Below, in pieces: positions 13,061-27,154 of a stretch of 64,000 bases of DNA. Numbering within the stretch: position 1 is the first letter of the stretch; the number at the start of each line of letters is the position of its first letter. Source of the DNA: the human T2T-CHM13v2.0 reference genome, Homo sapiens; NCBI RefSeq assembly GCF_009914755.1, contig NC_060936.1; one strand, written 5' to 3'. The notes beneath the pieces were generated by a model. That model made no database searches. It was not told the origin of the DNA and worked only from the letters and a program-made list of their open reading frames with translations. A program made the position numbers and the translations under genes.

Positions 13061-14402
13061 AAAAATAAGCCTAGTGATCCTGAGATAACAATCCAGTTGG
13101 GTAGCCTCATGCTGATCCCTTCAAATCACTTTGTCACCAGCCCTTTGAAACAGAGCCAGGATAGTACATATGAGAACCCAGCAAGTTTCACCAGGGATTT
13201 CTTGTTGCTGGCTGGTTGGCTCAGGGAGTAAATAGAGTAATTAGTGCTCATTAGCACTCCCACGAGCTATAATGCATCTACCTGAGGCAGAGAGATGCTT
13301 GCCTGTGTTCCTGAAGCATAGAAATCTCCATGTGATCTCTTCAGTCCAGACATTTTTGCACTGCAGAAACAAATGCCAACTTGGCAAGAGTAAAATCCTC
13401 CAAGTGCCTCAAATAACAGTAGGCAAAACCCGTGGACTAGGGACAGAAGGCTTTCCTAGGAACGGTTAGTGTGTCTAAGAAATTGGTGTGCTGTTTAAAG
13501 CTTTCTCTTCTCCCCCAACCGGCCGCCTCTCAGTGTATGCGACTGAGGTGAACCAGATTAGTCAGAGATGTTGGACACGGTAGTCGTATAACTTGATCCC
13601 CTCAGCCTCTTGTCAGCTGTACTTCAGAAGCTATAGTCTCCATTAATGGAGGGTCTGGATTGTAGAGTCATTGAGAAAGAAGAGAGAGCAACCTTTGACG
13701 GTGATCTGCGGCCCTGTCCAGGACCTTGTGCCATTGATAGTTCTTGTTCCTGTGAAATATTAATCTGTGGTATGAAGGTGGGAGTCACAAAGGGAGGAGG
13801 GAGCCAAGTTTTGGGGGCTTGGTACACATGCCTGGAGAAACATGTAGATAAGTTGCGAATTGGCAGATTGTTGTGGGAAAGAAGCCTCAACTAAGAATCT
13901 GGCACTCTGATCCCTACATTGATTAGCTGTGTGATATTGGGCAAGTCACTTAAGCAGTTATAAAATTGTTAGAACGATACCAGCCCAGCCCTCACTGGGA
14001 GGGCTTTAAGGATCAAATGAGATCACATGTAAAATGCTGTAAAAAATTAAATAATAGTGTGATTTTTGAGTTTTTATATGGAGTACATTAGCTACATTTT
14101 AGACATCCTCACCCAAACCTCTGGTAAAAGCACCTGCTTTTCCACTGACTTCCAGGCCTGTGACTCTAATTCCATCCCTGTACCCTAAACTAGACTGGAG
14201 CCTGTTTGGATGCCAGGTAGTTCCCTTGAAGTTTTTTGGAAGATAGTGCTGTCTCCTGGGCAAGACAATAGCAGGAGCTCCTGATTCCTGCATTGGCCTG
14301 TCTGCAATCCCCTTTCTTGGGAATGCAGTAAATTCTACAAAGTCATCATTCATCTATCAGTTACACAGGAATTGTTCCCTGTTCTTAAAAGTTTGGAACA
14401 TT

Positions 14403-14690
14403 GGCTGGCTGCAGTGGTTCATGCCTGTAATCCCAGCATTTTGGGGAGACTGAGGTGGGTGGATCACTTGAGCCCAGGAGTTCGAGACCAGCCTGGGCAA
14501 CATGGTGAAACCCCATCTCTACAAAAAATGCAAAAAACTGGCCAGGCATGGTTGTCCCAGCTACCAGGGAGGATGAGGTGGGAAGATCACTTGGGCTCAG
14601 GAGGTTGAGGCTACAGTGAGCCACGATTGCACCACTGTACTCCAGCCTGGGAGACAGAGTGAGACCCTGCCTCAAAAAACAAAAACAAAT
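14403..14690 (+). mobile_element. AluJ-like element
   Basis: Alu dimer with A-rich tail. Confidence 0.9.
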
Positions 14691-15189
14691 AACCAGTTTG
14701 GAATGTTATGAATAAAGTGTTCAGGACTCAGTTTCATACTTAGGTGGAACTGTTCTTGCCGGGTAGCTTTAGAATGAAGATTTGCTAGGATTTGAGGTTA
14801 TAAAGTAAATATGTCTTTTGTGGGCAGCCATACTCTGATGGTTAAGGTTGGGAACCCCAGCTGTGGCCTCCTTTGCTCTGGTGGCAGTTTTCAATGCCAC
14901 ATGATGTTGGGACAAGCAAATCACTACCTTTGCTAGGTCTCGCCGCCTTTACTTGTGAACTTGCTGTATTCCTGTGCATTAACTCCTGTCCCTGTTGACT
15001 GGGTTGGTGTTCAGAAAGTGATCTGAGCTGAATATCAAAAATGTGTAGTTTTTAAACTGAGTGGCTGTATGACGAGTATTTTTCAAAGACGGTTATCAGC
15101 CTTTGTAGGGCCTCTGAAGGAGCCTGTGACTTCCTCGTACAATTAGAAAAATAATGCTCTGCATTAGTTATCTTAGAAAACTGCTGCTG

Positions 15190-15593
15190 GTCTTAAATTA
15201 GGTTCCCTAGAAGCAGACTCTGAGACCAGGAGTGGGGTGCTGAAGGATTTTGGGGGTGAGCTCTCAGGAGACACCTGTAAGGAAGGAACAAGGCAAGATT
15301 GGGCAGAGGAGAAGCTGACTGGCAAATGTGGTTGCGTCTGAGACCCCAGCCACTTCTATGGGGAGCGCTGGATGGTTCTTCAGAGCTGTCCCCATTTGAG
15401 CAAGGGGCTGGACTTTTGTTTGCCTACATCAGCTAATTCCTGGCAACTGGCCACCCCTTCTGGGGGTATCACTTTGGGTGAGGCTGTGTCCTGCAGCTGG
15501 CTGAGGACCTTCCTTGTGAACCATCAGCAGCTGGGGATGGGTGTATTGGCCCTAAAAAGGACGTCTGGGTGGAGCAATATAGTGTCTACTATA
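15190..15593 (-). mobile_element. LTR16-family (ERVL) solo LTR
   Basis: ggttccctagaagcagactctgagac..gattgggcagaggagaagctga..tctgggtggagcaatatagtgtctacta. Confidence 0.65.
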
Positions 15594-18500
15594 CTGTCCC
15601 AAAGAATCTAACCCTTTGAGAAAGAAACAAGTGGGTAGCGCCAAATGCCCGGCATATGGCAAGTCCCTTTATATGGAAAGTTAGAAAGTCTGGATCCCTT
15701 AGCAAAACTGAGGGAAGAGATTATAACTGCTTTGTGAACTATTAAATAAACAGATCTCCAGCCTCTTGGAAGTTTATGAGATCCTTGGATAATATGTACA
15801 CCTGATTACGGTGTAACAGGGCTTAGCCTCTATATTTGTGAAATGACTGACCCATAATTGAATAATTTTCCCCAAGCATGAATTACTGCACGTTCAGAAT
15901 ATTCATCCTATGGGTATATAAATGCAGTTGAATGGGTCGCCGTAACAAAAGGCAAGCAAGTGAGTGAGGCACACAAACTCAGACTTAGAACCTTCCAGGG
16001 GGCCCTGGGGATGGAAGGCAAATATAGGAGGTTATAGCTTTGGTTCCTGAATCACCTTATGTGATATTTTAGTCAGAGTCGAGGATAATGATTTAGGAGT
16101 TAAATTGCCAAAGGATAAGTCAATATGCTTTGGCGGGGGTAGGGAAGAATCAATTTTCTGGCATTTCCGAAAGCCAGTTGCACTGAACAAATGTCTAAAA
16201 CTGGCATGGTTTGTTGTATAAGTGGGATGAGTAGACAAAGCCAAAGTTATACCTAATCTCTTTCCCAACTGCAGATTAAGTCATATCTGTAAAAGGCAAC
16301 ATGGTTTTTCTTCTGCATTTTCTGCCTTCTAGTAAGTGAAGGAGGCAATGGGTTGTGCTCCTCCATCATCTGAGTAGTTTGAGTGTATTTTGGGGACTGG
16401 AGGTGGGGAAGCCTGATGACTTCGTCGTGGCATAGAGCAAAGGTGATCGGGGGTGTGTGTTCAGACCATGGACTTCGCTTCCCAGTGAGCCCCCTGGACT
16501 CTGTGTATTCTTTGCCTTTATCTGCATTGCCACCTGGAAGCTCCGTAATGTCAAGTCCTGGAAGATATTACTAACCTGTTTCCATTATGGGTGTAGTAGA
16601 AATATAAGTAGGTCACTGTTCCTAATTCAGAAACTGAAGAGAGTCAAGCTGCCATGGTGACAGGTTCTGTATAAAAACACCCACCTCTGAACCTCTTGGA
16701 GAGATGTGATGATTTGGTCATTGGATGTGAAGGGGATAATCTGCCAGCTGGTTTATTGCATTGGCTAGAAATAGGAGATGCAGAAACTAAAAAGCTCTCA
16801 AGAAGTCATCAGATGAGAAGGAAATTAATGTAGCATAGTGATTCTGCTGTAGAGGAAAGGCTAAAGGTGAGACTCTTGAATATGTGCACCATTTCTTCTG
16901 CAGCTCTTGACTTGGATGATCCTTCTCAGTGTGATCCCACGAGTGTTTGGTGATGATCTGATAGTAGAAAGGGCAGAGCGATTTAACTTTGTGCACATCT
17001 TCCTCTGACTTCTCCATCTTTCTAACATGCCTGTACGTGTGCCTTTATCATTGGCATTCTGGAGTTAGGGACATGACCTTTTCTACAGTCCGGATGAGGA
17101 ATCTCCAACTATGACTTTTCATTGTGACTCACGTCTGCAAAGAATGAATAAAGAAGAATTTGTTGGCCAGGAAGTGTGTACTATGCAGAGAGAAATAATT
17201 GTTGTTGGGAAAGAAACTTTTGAAGAACCAGAATTTAAAAAAAAAAAAAAAGAAGAATGAAGGAAGTCTATCAAGAAAAGGAAGAACCAGAAGTGATCTG
17301 CAGGGTGTTGCCTGGAGATATGGGAAATAAATCAAGAACAGAGAAATGGGAAAAGATAAAATAAAAAACATTGCCGGTTAGGACCAGCTGGGGTCCTAGG
17401 AAAGTGGCAGTTCCAGCGGGGCTTGGAAAGCTACTGAACCACTCACTTATGCACACACAACTGCCCCGCCCTCTCCCCTTCTTTGGCCCCCATTCACCTG
17501 GTGTAGGAGGGTCTGACACCCTCACCAGGGAGAGTGCTATTTGGCTGTTTTGAAGGCGAGACCTTGAAGCGTGGGAGAGCTTCGCCTCTTTCGTAAGCTG
17601 ATGTTGCGTAACCTCCCGGAGAGTCAGGACCTAGTGGTTAAGGACACAGGCTTTGAAGCCAGGCAGATAGGGTGTGACTTAAATGCTGGACCTCAGAAAA
17701 ATGGCTTATTGTGAAGGGTTTAATGGAGCATAATGAAGTAAGTGCTCAAAACTGTTGTTAATATATGCCAAGAGTTATAACTAAATTTGTAAAAAGCACC
17801 TTCTTATACTCTCAGGCAAACTTTGAACCCGAGCTCGGCTTCAACAGGGAGCTGGACTCTATCAGTGGCCCCATGGGGGAGCTGGGCAGTAATCCAAGGC
17901 TCCGGGTGGGGTGTTTGAAGCAGCTGCAGATCCTCGTGAAGGGCTCTGGGTGCCCATACATTGTCCCTATGGAGTTTCTGTACTTAAAGCCCCTGATTTT
18001 TTTTGTAAGCTGCTCCAGCTGGGATGTCTGCACACTCACACATGTTAACCTAGAATGGATTCAGGAACTATTTTAACATTTACATGGATAATGGGTTGCT
18101 TTGTTAAGTCATATGTAAATTTTTATTTAGCTCCTAACCATCTCCTGTACACAAGACACTGGACTCACAGGAGTGCAAAATGCAATGGTGTTAGGGGTTT
18201 GTATGGATATGTTATTCGTGCTTTATGACAACTCAGAGAGAGGTAGGTAATATTACCAGTTTTACAGAGATTAAATAACTTGCCCGAGATCAAACAGAGA
18301 TTATACCTTACTACATGGACTCTGTGCCACCGCGAATTGTAAGACACATTCCAATATTGGAGATGTTAAATTAACCTTTAAAATTAACGAAATGTGGTAA
18401 GTCACAGAGCCTCGATTCTACCCCATACTTGGCTGATTTCAAAGTTTGTGGTTTTTTCCCTCATCACATGTAAGGGCTTGCAATCCTGTCTTAACTGGTG

Positions 18501-18644
18501 AACATAAAACAAACACAAATAAGAGGACAATTAACATTTGTAAGACTTGAAAGGGTGGCATTAATAATAATAATAATGGTTGGTGTTTATCACTCACTTA
18601 CTCTGTGGCAGTGCTTTCATGTGCTTTGTTTGGGGGTGGGCACT

Positions 18645-18679
<35 letters not shown>

Positions 18680-20358
18680 AACAAACGTGAAAACTGAGAT
18701 AGGTACTCTTATTCCCATCTTCTAAAGAGAAAACTGAAACAAAGATTAGTTATGTGACCTTGGGAGATCTTCTCCAAGATCACATAGCTTGTATTAAAAG
18801 TCAATCTGCACCATGGTAGTTAAGAGTTCAAGTTTACTTATAACCACGACAGACCTGGTTTGGGTTCCAGAAGAGTGTGATCTGATAGACAGGTGCTCAG
18901 TGCTCCAGGAGCACCTAACCCAGCCTTGTGGGGGTCTGCAGGCACTCCCAAAGTGGACGGCACCTAAACTGAGAAGGCAGTGTCCATCTCTCTATCGCAG
19001 GCCACCGTGCTGCTAAAAATAATCATGGTTGCCCTATGTTACTGACCTCCACTAGTACTACGAAGGTCTAAACCTGGCATTAGCTAGTAGGAACTGGCTT
19101 TATTTATAGTTTACATCCTTTCCACTTCCCAAGAGCAACAGAGGAGGTTTAAAAGGAACATTGTAAATTAGACAGTTGCTGAGAACCAGAATGATGGCTA
19201 CATAAAAGGTCTTGGAAATCCAAAAAAATAGAAAAAAAATTATTTGATGTTCCATTGTGTAATGTAAGTCTCTGGAGATGAACAGCTGGGTATTCTTCCT
19301 ACAACTTTTAGGCTACGGCGTGTAGTCTCTGGTGCCAAGAGAGCTCACACACTGGCCAGCCAAAGTCTCTGTAACAACTCAATCACTTGGCTTTTCATGT
19401 TCGTCTTAATTCTTTTTACAGAATTAATGATTTTTATTTTGAGTTAACATATTGCTAAAGGATGTGAAGATTGTGTGTCAAGCTGGCATCTTGAAATAAA
19501 ACAGTATGTTTACAAATGGATAGATATCCTGTCATTAAAAATAAATTTTGACAGACTGTGGTTCATAAGGAGACCCATATTAGAAGACACCGAAAGAGCC
19601 TTCAGAACATCAAATCATAATTGCTGAGTAGCAGACTGCGTTCCAGGTCCGTGTCTGCCCCTTCAAGAACATCTGACCCCTAGTTTCCTCATCTTTAAAA
19701 CAAGGGGGATGGGTTAGATATTCCCAGATTTCTTGAGCTCTAAAATTTGTTTGACTCAAACATTTCTAATGAATTCTCACACAGCGTTTCTTCTGACTAA
19801 TTCATCAGGGTGCCTGCCTAACAGTAAATGTTGAATTTGTTTATCTCCGAGTTCTGTTGTCAATGAATTGAAATGGGTGTTATATTTTAAATTCTGATTG
19901 TCCACTGATTGCATGTCAAAGAGAATGTATTGCGGACATTTCTCCTGCATGTCTTTGGAATAGAGAAATTTATTGTTAATGAAGAGAATTGAACCGCTAT
20001 CAGGTTAGGGGTCAAGAAACCTTTTGGCTGCAGTAATCCCAGACAGTCGACTCCAGAGCCACCGGCCAGCCAAGTTGTCTTGAACTGCAGTCAGGAACGC
20101 TGACACTGGATCAAAAGGCAACTGTTTTGGTTAGTTTGAGAGAGGTTCTGCTGCAATGGAACTTTGAGGGTGGGACTAAGGAGAAGGCAGGGCTGAGGAT
20201 GGGAGAGAAAAATTGTACTCACTGTTATGTACCAGAGGTGGAATTCTAGTTGTGATTCCAAATCGATGTTTCTCAGGGAGAAAAAGCTCTTCTCTTTTTC
20301 TCTGGTTCAAGACCATCTGACAACTCGGAACATAACTCATTTGATAACTCTGAACTTA

Positions 20359-20787
20359 AGTTAAAGAAAACATTATTCAATGATACTTGTTAAAGCATGG
20401 AACAAAGGATCATTGCTACAGGGCTTTGCAGTGGGGGAGAGAGATTGCGTTCGATTCTGAATATTGCATGGACAAGTGGGCATTTATAGCCAAGGAGCAG
20501 GGTGGGAGTCAGTGGATGGAAAAATACTAAGAGGAATGTTGGGGTAAGGGGGATTCTGGCTAAATTAACCTAACAGGATTCTTGCTGAAGATAGGCCAGG
20601 GTGATCGGACACCTGGGGGATGGTGGAGGATGAGGAGACTGATCAGATACCGAGAGTGGGAGGTTCTTGCTAAACTGACTTAGCAGGGTTCTTTGCTAAA
20701 CTTGGATTTTACAAGGAAGTGCACGCAGGGGCCTAGGAGAAGATTTATGAGCCTGACTAAAGTTTGGCCAGAAAAAGAATCTTTGCT
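20359..20787 (-). mobile_element. MER31 (ERV1) solo LTR
   Basis: gttcttgctaaactgacttagcagggttctttgctaaac..gcctgactaaagtttgg..gaatctttg. Confidence 0.8.
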
Positions 20788-23700
20788 ACATAACTCATTT
20801 GATAACTGAACTTAACTCATTGCCAGATGACCCCATATACTGCCCAGGCTGGGGATAGAGGGTGACTGAAAATAAAGACGAACTCAAGCTTACGATGACA
20901 TGAAGAGAGTGAAACTACAAGTCTGATCTCTCCCCAGGCCCTCAACAATGCCACCACTGTCACCACTCAGTCCAGCTGGGCCGGGGATGGTGCTCACCCA
21001 CACTCTGGATGAATGCTGTTTTGTGCTCTGCTGTGTTGGTTCTTCTGCAGCCCTTTCTGTCTTACCGATAGGTTGCCCCTGCCCCGCAGGAGCCAAGAGT
21101 GCCCAGTGAAGCTTTCTCTGTGGATGGGACTGATACACACCATGACATGTGTTGGGAAAGTCCCTGGTGCTGGATGAGTTCTCCTTCAATAGCTTTGAAG
21201 TTATGTGGCTGACCCTGTAGGAGTAATTGGTTTCTTATGAATGATGACCTATGAATTAAATAGGAAGCAATTCTTGTCTACAAAGTTTATCTCCAGTGAT
21301 AAGGAAAAGACCCCCAAGGAAGCTCATCGATATTCGGGGACTCAGCATTCACAACTGCAGGGGGCACCATTCATACCATTCATGTGGCCCTAATTCAATG
21401 CTCTTGTAATTCTTCATACTTAGAACATTTTTGGGTGATCCTCTATTAGAACAGGCAGATGGAGTTAAGCCGGCTGCAGCCAACGATCAAATGGTTCCTT
21501 AAGTATTCCTACTTTTCTTCCCTCCTCTTTATCTTCCAATTGAGTAAATAGATGCTTTCTGAATTATACGTGTTATTTAAAAAACTGATTAAAGAAGCAG
21601 TTTATAAGCAACTCTTGCTAAGTGCCTTGGGTAAACCTGCTGTCTCACAGAATTGAGCAGGGCAGAAAAAGGCATCTTTTGGAATGCCAGTGTTTCATCT
21701 AAGTTTAATTTGATACCAAGGGCTGCTTGACAGCACCCATCTGGTTAACACTGAGTGCTTAGATGTATATTACGGTAAATGGCTTAAAACTGGCAACTTC
21801 TAGACATTAGCTCACAATCCCGTTAAGATTCCTGTTAAGCCCTGGGGATAATGCACAGCCTGGTGTAATCAAGAAAACTGTAGCAGTTACACTCATCCCA
21901 ACATCCCAATTATTCCTAACTTAAATGTTGCCATCCGCCAGATTTCTCAGCCTAGTGAAGCTGTTCCCTCCATTTAAAACAATTGCTTTCTGAAAATTTG
22001 TGTTTCTTTGGTAAAAAGATATACACTAGGAGGAAATGATTTGGAATTTAGAAGTGCTCACTACAGGGTTCTTATTCAGTATTTTTATCAGTGACTGGGA
22101 GTTGCGGTTGAAACCAGGCTGGGAGAGACAGCCGATGACAGTCAGAATCCAGAAAATAATCCGTACAAACGATGACAATGGTAAAGTGAAGTTGATAATG
22201 CTTTAAATAACAAAGCTGTATGTCACGCTGTGAATATACTTGAAAAAAAATCAACTGAAAACTGACATGACTTGGTTTGGTAAAAACTCCCTGGAGGTTT
22301 GTAGTTCAGCAGAAGCCAAATCTGTGATATTGCTGTGAATGGAAAGTTCATCTAACCGTGTTTAGCAAATTTAATGCAAGTTAGTGTCCAGTTTCTGGAG
22401 ATAATGGTTCCTTTGTGCACGTTGTCGGAGATCCTACATCTGGAGTCTTGTGCTTGACTCCATACACTTTAAGAGGAATGTTGCCAAATTGGAATGTTCC
22501 CAGTGTTGGGGTGTGGAGATCGTGCTGACACCAGAGGTCTGGAAATTGTGTCCCCTTCGGAGTGGTTTGAAGAACTGGGGCTGTGATGTCCTAGGAAGTT
22601 AAGGGAGACAGGGCTGCTATTATAAAACATTTGCCTGCTTGCCAAGCAGAAGAAGGAATAGGCTTGTATTTTTTGATCCCTGAGGACGGACCTCAAATGG
22701 CAACAGAGGCTGGGGTGGGGCGTGCATTCTTGTTCGTTCATGGAAGGCAGGCCCTTCCAGTAAGCAAACGAGCCAAGCTGTTGACAGGAGGTGGCAAGAT
22801 TTATGGAGATGCCTCAGAAAATATTCGGGCTTTCAGCCTAGATGTTGGCTCAGGTCCCCTTCGACAATAAGGTTCTATGGTTTTGTAAAATAGCTAGCAC
22901 CCCTGGTTCTTTTCAAAAATTATTTTCTTCAGAGAGATAGAATGGTGGAAGAAAGGCACTCTTTGCTGTGGCATAGATCATAGAAAGCACAATAACTGCT
23001 TGTTTCTCATGAGAGCTGAAAATGCTCTGGAGATTTCTCTAAATGTGGCTTTTCTTGTTCTTTATTTTCTGCAGATCCTGTCAGGACTATAGATTCCTTA
23101 TTCCTTTATTTGATTTGGTGTTTCACTCGAGCGGGCTAAATAACAGTGATTATTATATGCAAAAAAGGTTGCTACAGTTATTTTTCCCCCTGATATGAAA
23201 GCTAAGCCTTGTTTTCCTCTTCTTGGCAGAAATTGTGCTTTTCTTTGGAGGAAATCATAAATCATGATTGAAAGCAAAAGCTGTTTTGACCCAACTCTTC
23301 CCCTTTTCTCTATGGAGAAACAATCACTTGGCGATGATATAGCACGTACGAGACAGATGATCAGAATTAAATTCTTTTATCTGTTAACAAGCTCATCTTT
23401 TCATTGACTCAAATCCTTTTAAGAAATATTATTTTGGGGGAAAAAGCCCCCATTTTGTGTTAATTTTTCTGATCCTTTGACAAATATGTTTATTATTCTT
23501 TTAAGCAAGTTGGGCACCATTTTACATAAAATTATAGCTTAAATCAGAGCCTTATGATTGAAAGAGACTTTGCATAAAAAAAGCAATTACTTATTTGTCC
23601 ATGTTAAACTTAGATGCAGTGTTTAGAACTTAAACTGTGAAGTTTAAGTTGAATTATGAGTAATGAATACAGAATATTTTGGAATTAACAATTAGCCTAC

Positions 23701-24797
23701 TGAATAAAGCTGCTTCCTGAATACATCTATTGCTTTTGAAGTCAAGTATTTTCTTGGCATCACAACAGGCCAGTTTTGAGTAACCTTGTTGTGGTTGATA
23801 TGCTAGTTTCAAAATCTGCTGGAGAAATCAAAGCTCGGTGTGGTTTTCTGACTTCCCACATGATTAACTGTAAGATCCCTGCCATATAGATGGCTAATAA
23901 TATTTTCCATAGCCACCTGGGAGTAACAAAGAGCATTAACATTCATTACTGCATGTTAATGAAACACATAAATATTGAAAATAAATATTGTATGACTTGA
24001 ATCTTTAGCAAGGTTTCTATTCTTTGCCAGTGATAACGTTTGTTCTCATAGAGTGAAAAACCAGTTTCAGGCGTCACACCAAACAGGAGCTATCATGGTA
24101 ATACCCAGAAAATGTGACAAAAGGCTAACTGTTGTGGACTTAGCTTGCGTTGTTAGTTATACAGATTTTTTGCAGAGATTTGATATGAAGTTGGGTTTAT
24201 AGGAATTAGGAATTCATGATGGAGTCTCATGTTTATTGCTTCTTGGTCCGCATTGGGAAAGTTGTCAGTTACTGAGGGAACAGGAAATTTCCATTGTGCT
24301 TTGCTGCTGGCAGTCTGGATTTGTGTTGTTTTAGAAGTTTTCCTGCTGTAAGCTACTTTTAAGCCAACACACCCCTAATATTCAAGCGTTCAGCAGGAGA
24401 GAGCAAGTTAGAAGACTGTCTCTCAGAATTACTAACAAGTCATCTCACCTGTCTGCTTTAAGCTTCAAACAGGTTAATCCTTGGAATTGTCGGGGGCTAA
24501 TAAATTAATATATGTAGGCCTGTACTTTTAAGGGGAGTGATTATTTTACATTTGCTCAAACATATATGTTTGAAGGGAAGGAGAGAGGGGGATTAAGCTT
24601 CCTAAAATCTCAATAAAGACCCCACCCCTCAAAAAAAAAACCTCAAAATCTTGAAATAGGTCTTACTGATATGTCTAAGTGGCTTGGATTTTGTTTAATT
24701 TCAAAATCTGAAATTGCTTTGAGTCTTTTTATTTGAAAATCCTTCATGACTGGTTTCCATATGTGTTTTAGGAAAAAGAAGGGGGTGTCAGCTTTAG

Positions 24798-25206
<409 letters not shown>

Positions 25207-25931
25207 TACATCATGGTAACAATATTGAACTTTTAATCTGAAAAATTAAAACTGTGGTGTTTCCCAGGAACCCTAAAAGTCTATAGAATGATATTTAATA
25301 TAGATGTTGGCATGAGTACATTTACAATATAAAAGAACTCTGTCTTTTGAACATCAGCTTTTATACTCATGGTATTTTTACCTTTAAGTCAGATCATGAA
25401 AAGTCTCCAACACTGTTGGCATAGTACATTTTGTCTATTTAAGTGCTAAATGCCTCCCTATAGGGGTTTTATATGAAAAATGAGTGATGCAGATGTATTG
25501 GGGACAAACCTGGAATTACTGGAATGTGAACTTCCTTATATTTATTTTCAAGCACTCAGGAAAATTCTCTGTCTCTTAGATCTAAATAAATTCTCTAGTT
25601 TTGTTTCCTGATAATCCTGGGAGCAGATCACTTGGTTGTTTAAGGGATCCTGTTTTATTTGAAGCTCTATTCCTTTATTTCCAAGAGTCAGTTCTTTTCT
25701 TCAACATAGCCTTATCGTACTCCACAAGACTTTGGGTATATGTAGAAAGTGTTCTTTCTACATACGTGGTTCTTAGGACTTTTGTAATGCAGTGAATATA
25801 TTTGGGTGGAAGTGGATGAGAAATAGTTTGGAATACAATTATTAGACATTTTATTGTTTACAAATGCTTTATTAGTATGCTCACATATTCTCTTTCTTAT
25901 ACCTTTTTCTTTTCCCTAAAGACCTTCTGGG

Positions 25932-25968
25932 TTTTTTGTTTTGTTTTGTTTTGTTTTGTTTTGTTTTA
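25932..25968. repeat. (GTTTT)n simple repeat
   Basis: Seen directly. Confidence 0.9.
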
Positions 25969-26140
25969 AGATTATTTGGTGCTTGAGACCTGTAGCTATG
26001 ATTTTGAATGAACAGGGCTACTTCCAGTAATTAGATCATATAATGAAGATTTGAAAGTGCTTATTTTCATTTTATCTCCTGCCCTTCCCACAATGGATGC
26101 AGTACAGAAAATCAAGACTATATGTAATTACACAGTATGT

Positions 26141-26143
<3 letters not shown>

Positions 26144-26183
<40 letters not shown>
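26144..26183. repeat. (AC)20 microsatellite
   Basis: Seen directly. Confidence 0.95.
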
Positions 26184-26185
<2 letters not shown>

Positions 26186-26282
26186 TATTCTATATAGATC
26201 AAGAAATGTCTTACTTCTTTGTGGGCATTGGGGAAAATAGTTTAGGTATATATACTCTTCCTTCCTGCCCCACCTCTCCACC

Positions 26283-26283
<1 letters not shown>

Positions 26284-26318
<35 letters not shown>

Positions 26319-26327
26319 TACACACAC
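26284..26327. repeat. (AC)n microsatellite, interrupted at its 3' end
   Basis: Seen directly. Confidence 0.95.
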
Positions 26328-26543
26328 GCTGCCTAGAGTTAATTATAAATTATGCGTATGTTTGATCTTCAGCAAAGTGGAAGCATAAAGAATGGTGTTT
26401 AAATGCACTGTAGGGCCCCAATTCGGAAGTTGTGTTATCGCAAAGCTTTACTAGCATGCAAAGCTTAATTAGGTTAAACTTACCTAACCTAAACTTGCCA
26501 TTAACCTATTTTTCTGGATATAAATCATAGCTATAACAGTGAT

Positions 26544-26856
26544 TTTTTTTCTTTTTATTTATTTTTATAGAGGAAGGGTCTTGCTTTATTACCCAGGCTG
26601 GAGTGCAGTGGCGTGACCACACTCACTTGAAGTTTTGGGCTCAGGTGATCATCCTGTCTCAGCCTCCCAACTCTAATAGGTGGGACTACAGACATGTGCC
26701 ACCACACCTGACTAAGTTTTTTATTTTTTATTTTTGTAGAAATGGGGCCTCACTCTATTGCCCCCAGGCTGGTCTCAAACTCCTGGCCTCAAGCGATCCT
26801 CCTGCCTTAGCCTTCCAAAGTGCTGGGTTTATAGGCATTAGCCACAACACCAGGCC
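26544..26856 (-). mobile_element. AluJ element
   Basis: Diverged Alu dimer. Confidence 0.9.
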
Positions 26857-26867
26857 CTTAATAGTGA

Positions 26868-27154
26868 TTTTTTTTTTTAGACGGAGTCTCGCTCTGTTGC
26901 CCAGGCTGGAGTGTAGTGCAGTCTCAGCTCACTGCAAGCCCCGCCTCCCAGGTTCATGCCGTTCTCCTGCCTCAGCCTGCTGAGTAGCTGGGACTACAGG
27001 CGCCCACCACCAAGCCTGGCTAATTTTTGTATTTTTAGTAGAGACGGGGTTTCACCATGTTGGTCAGGCTGGTCTCGAACTCCTGACCTCGTGATCCATC
27101 CACCTCGGCCTCCCAAAGTGCTGGGATTACAGGCGTGAGCCACCGTGCCCGACC
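26868..27154 (-). mobile_element. AluS element in tandem with the preceding AluJ
   Basis: Alu dimer; TSD taatagtgattttt. Confidence 0.92.

Noticed and set aside
23050-23074. Strong splice acceptor ttttcttgttctttattttctgcag
   Set aside because: There is no convincing donor at exon distance.
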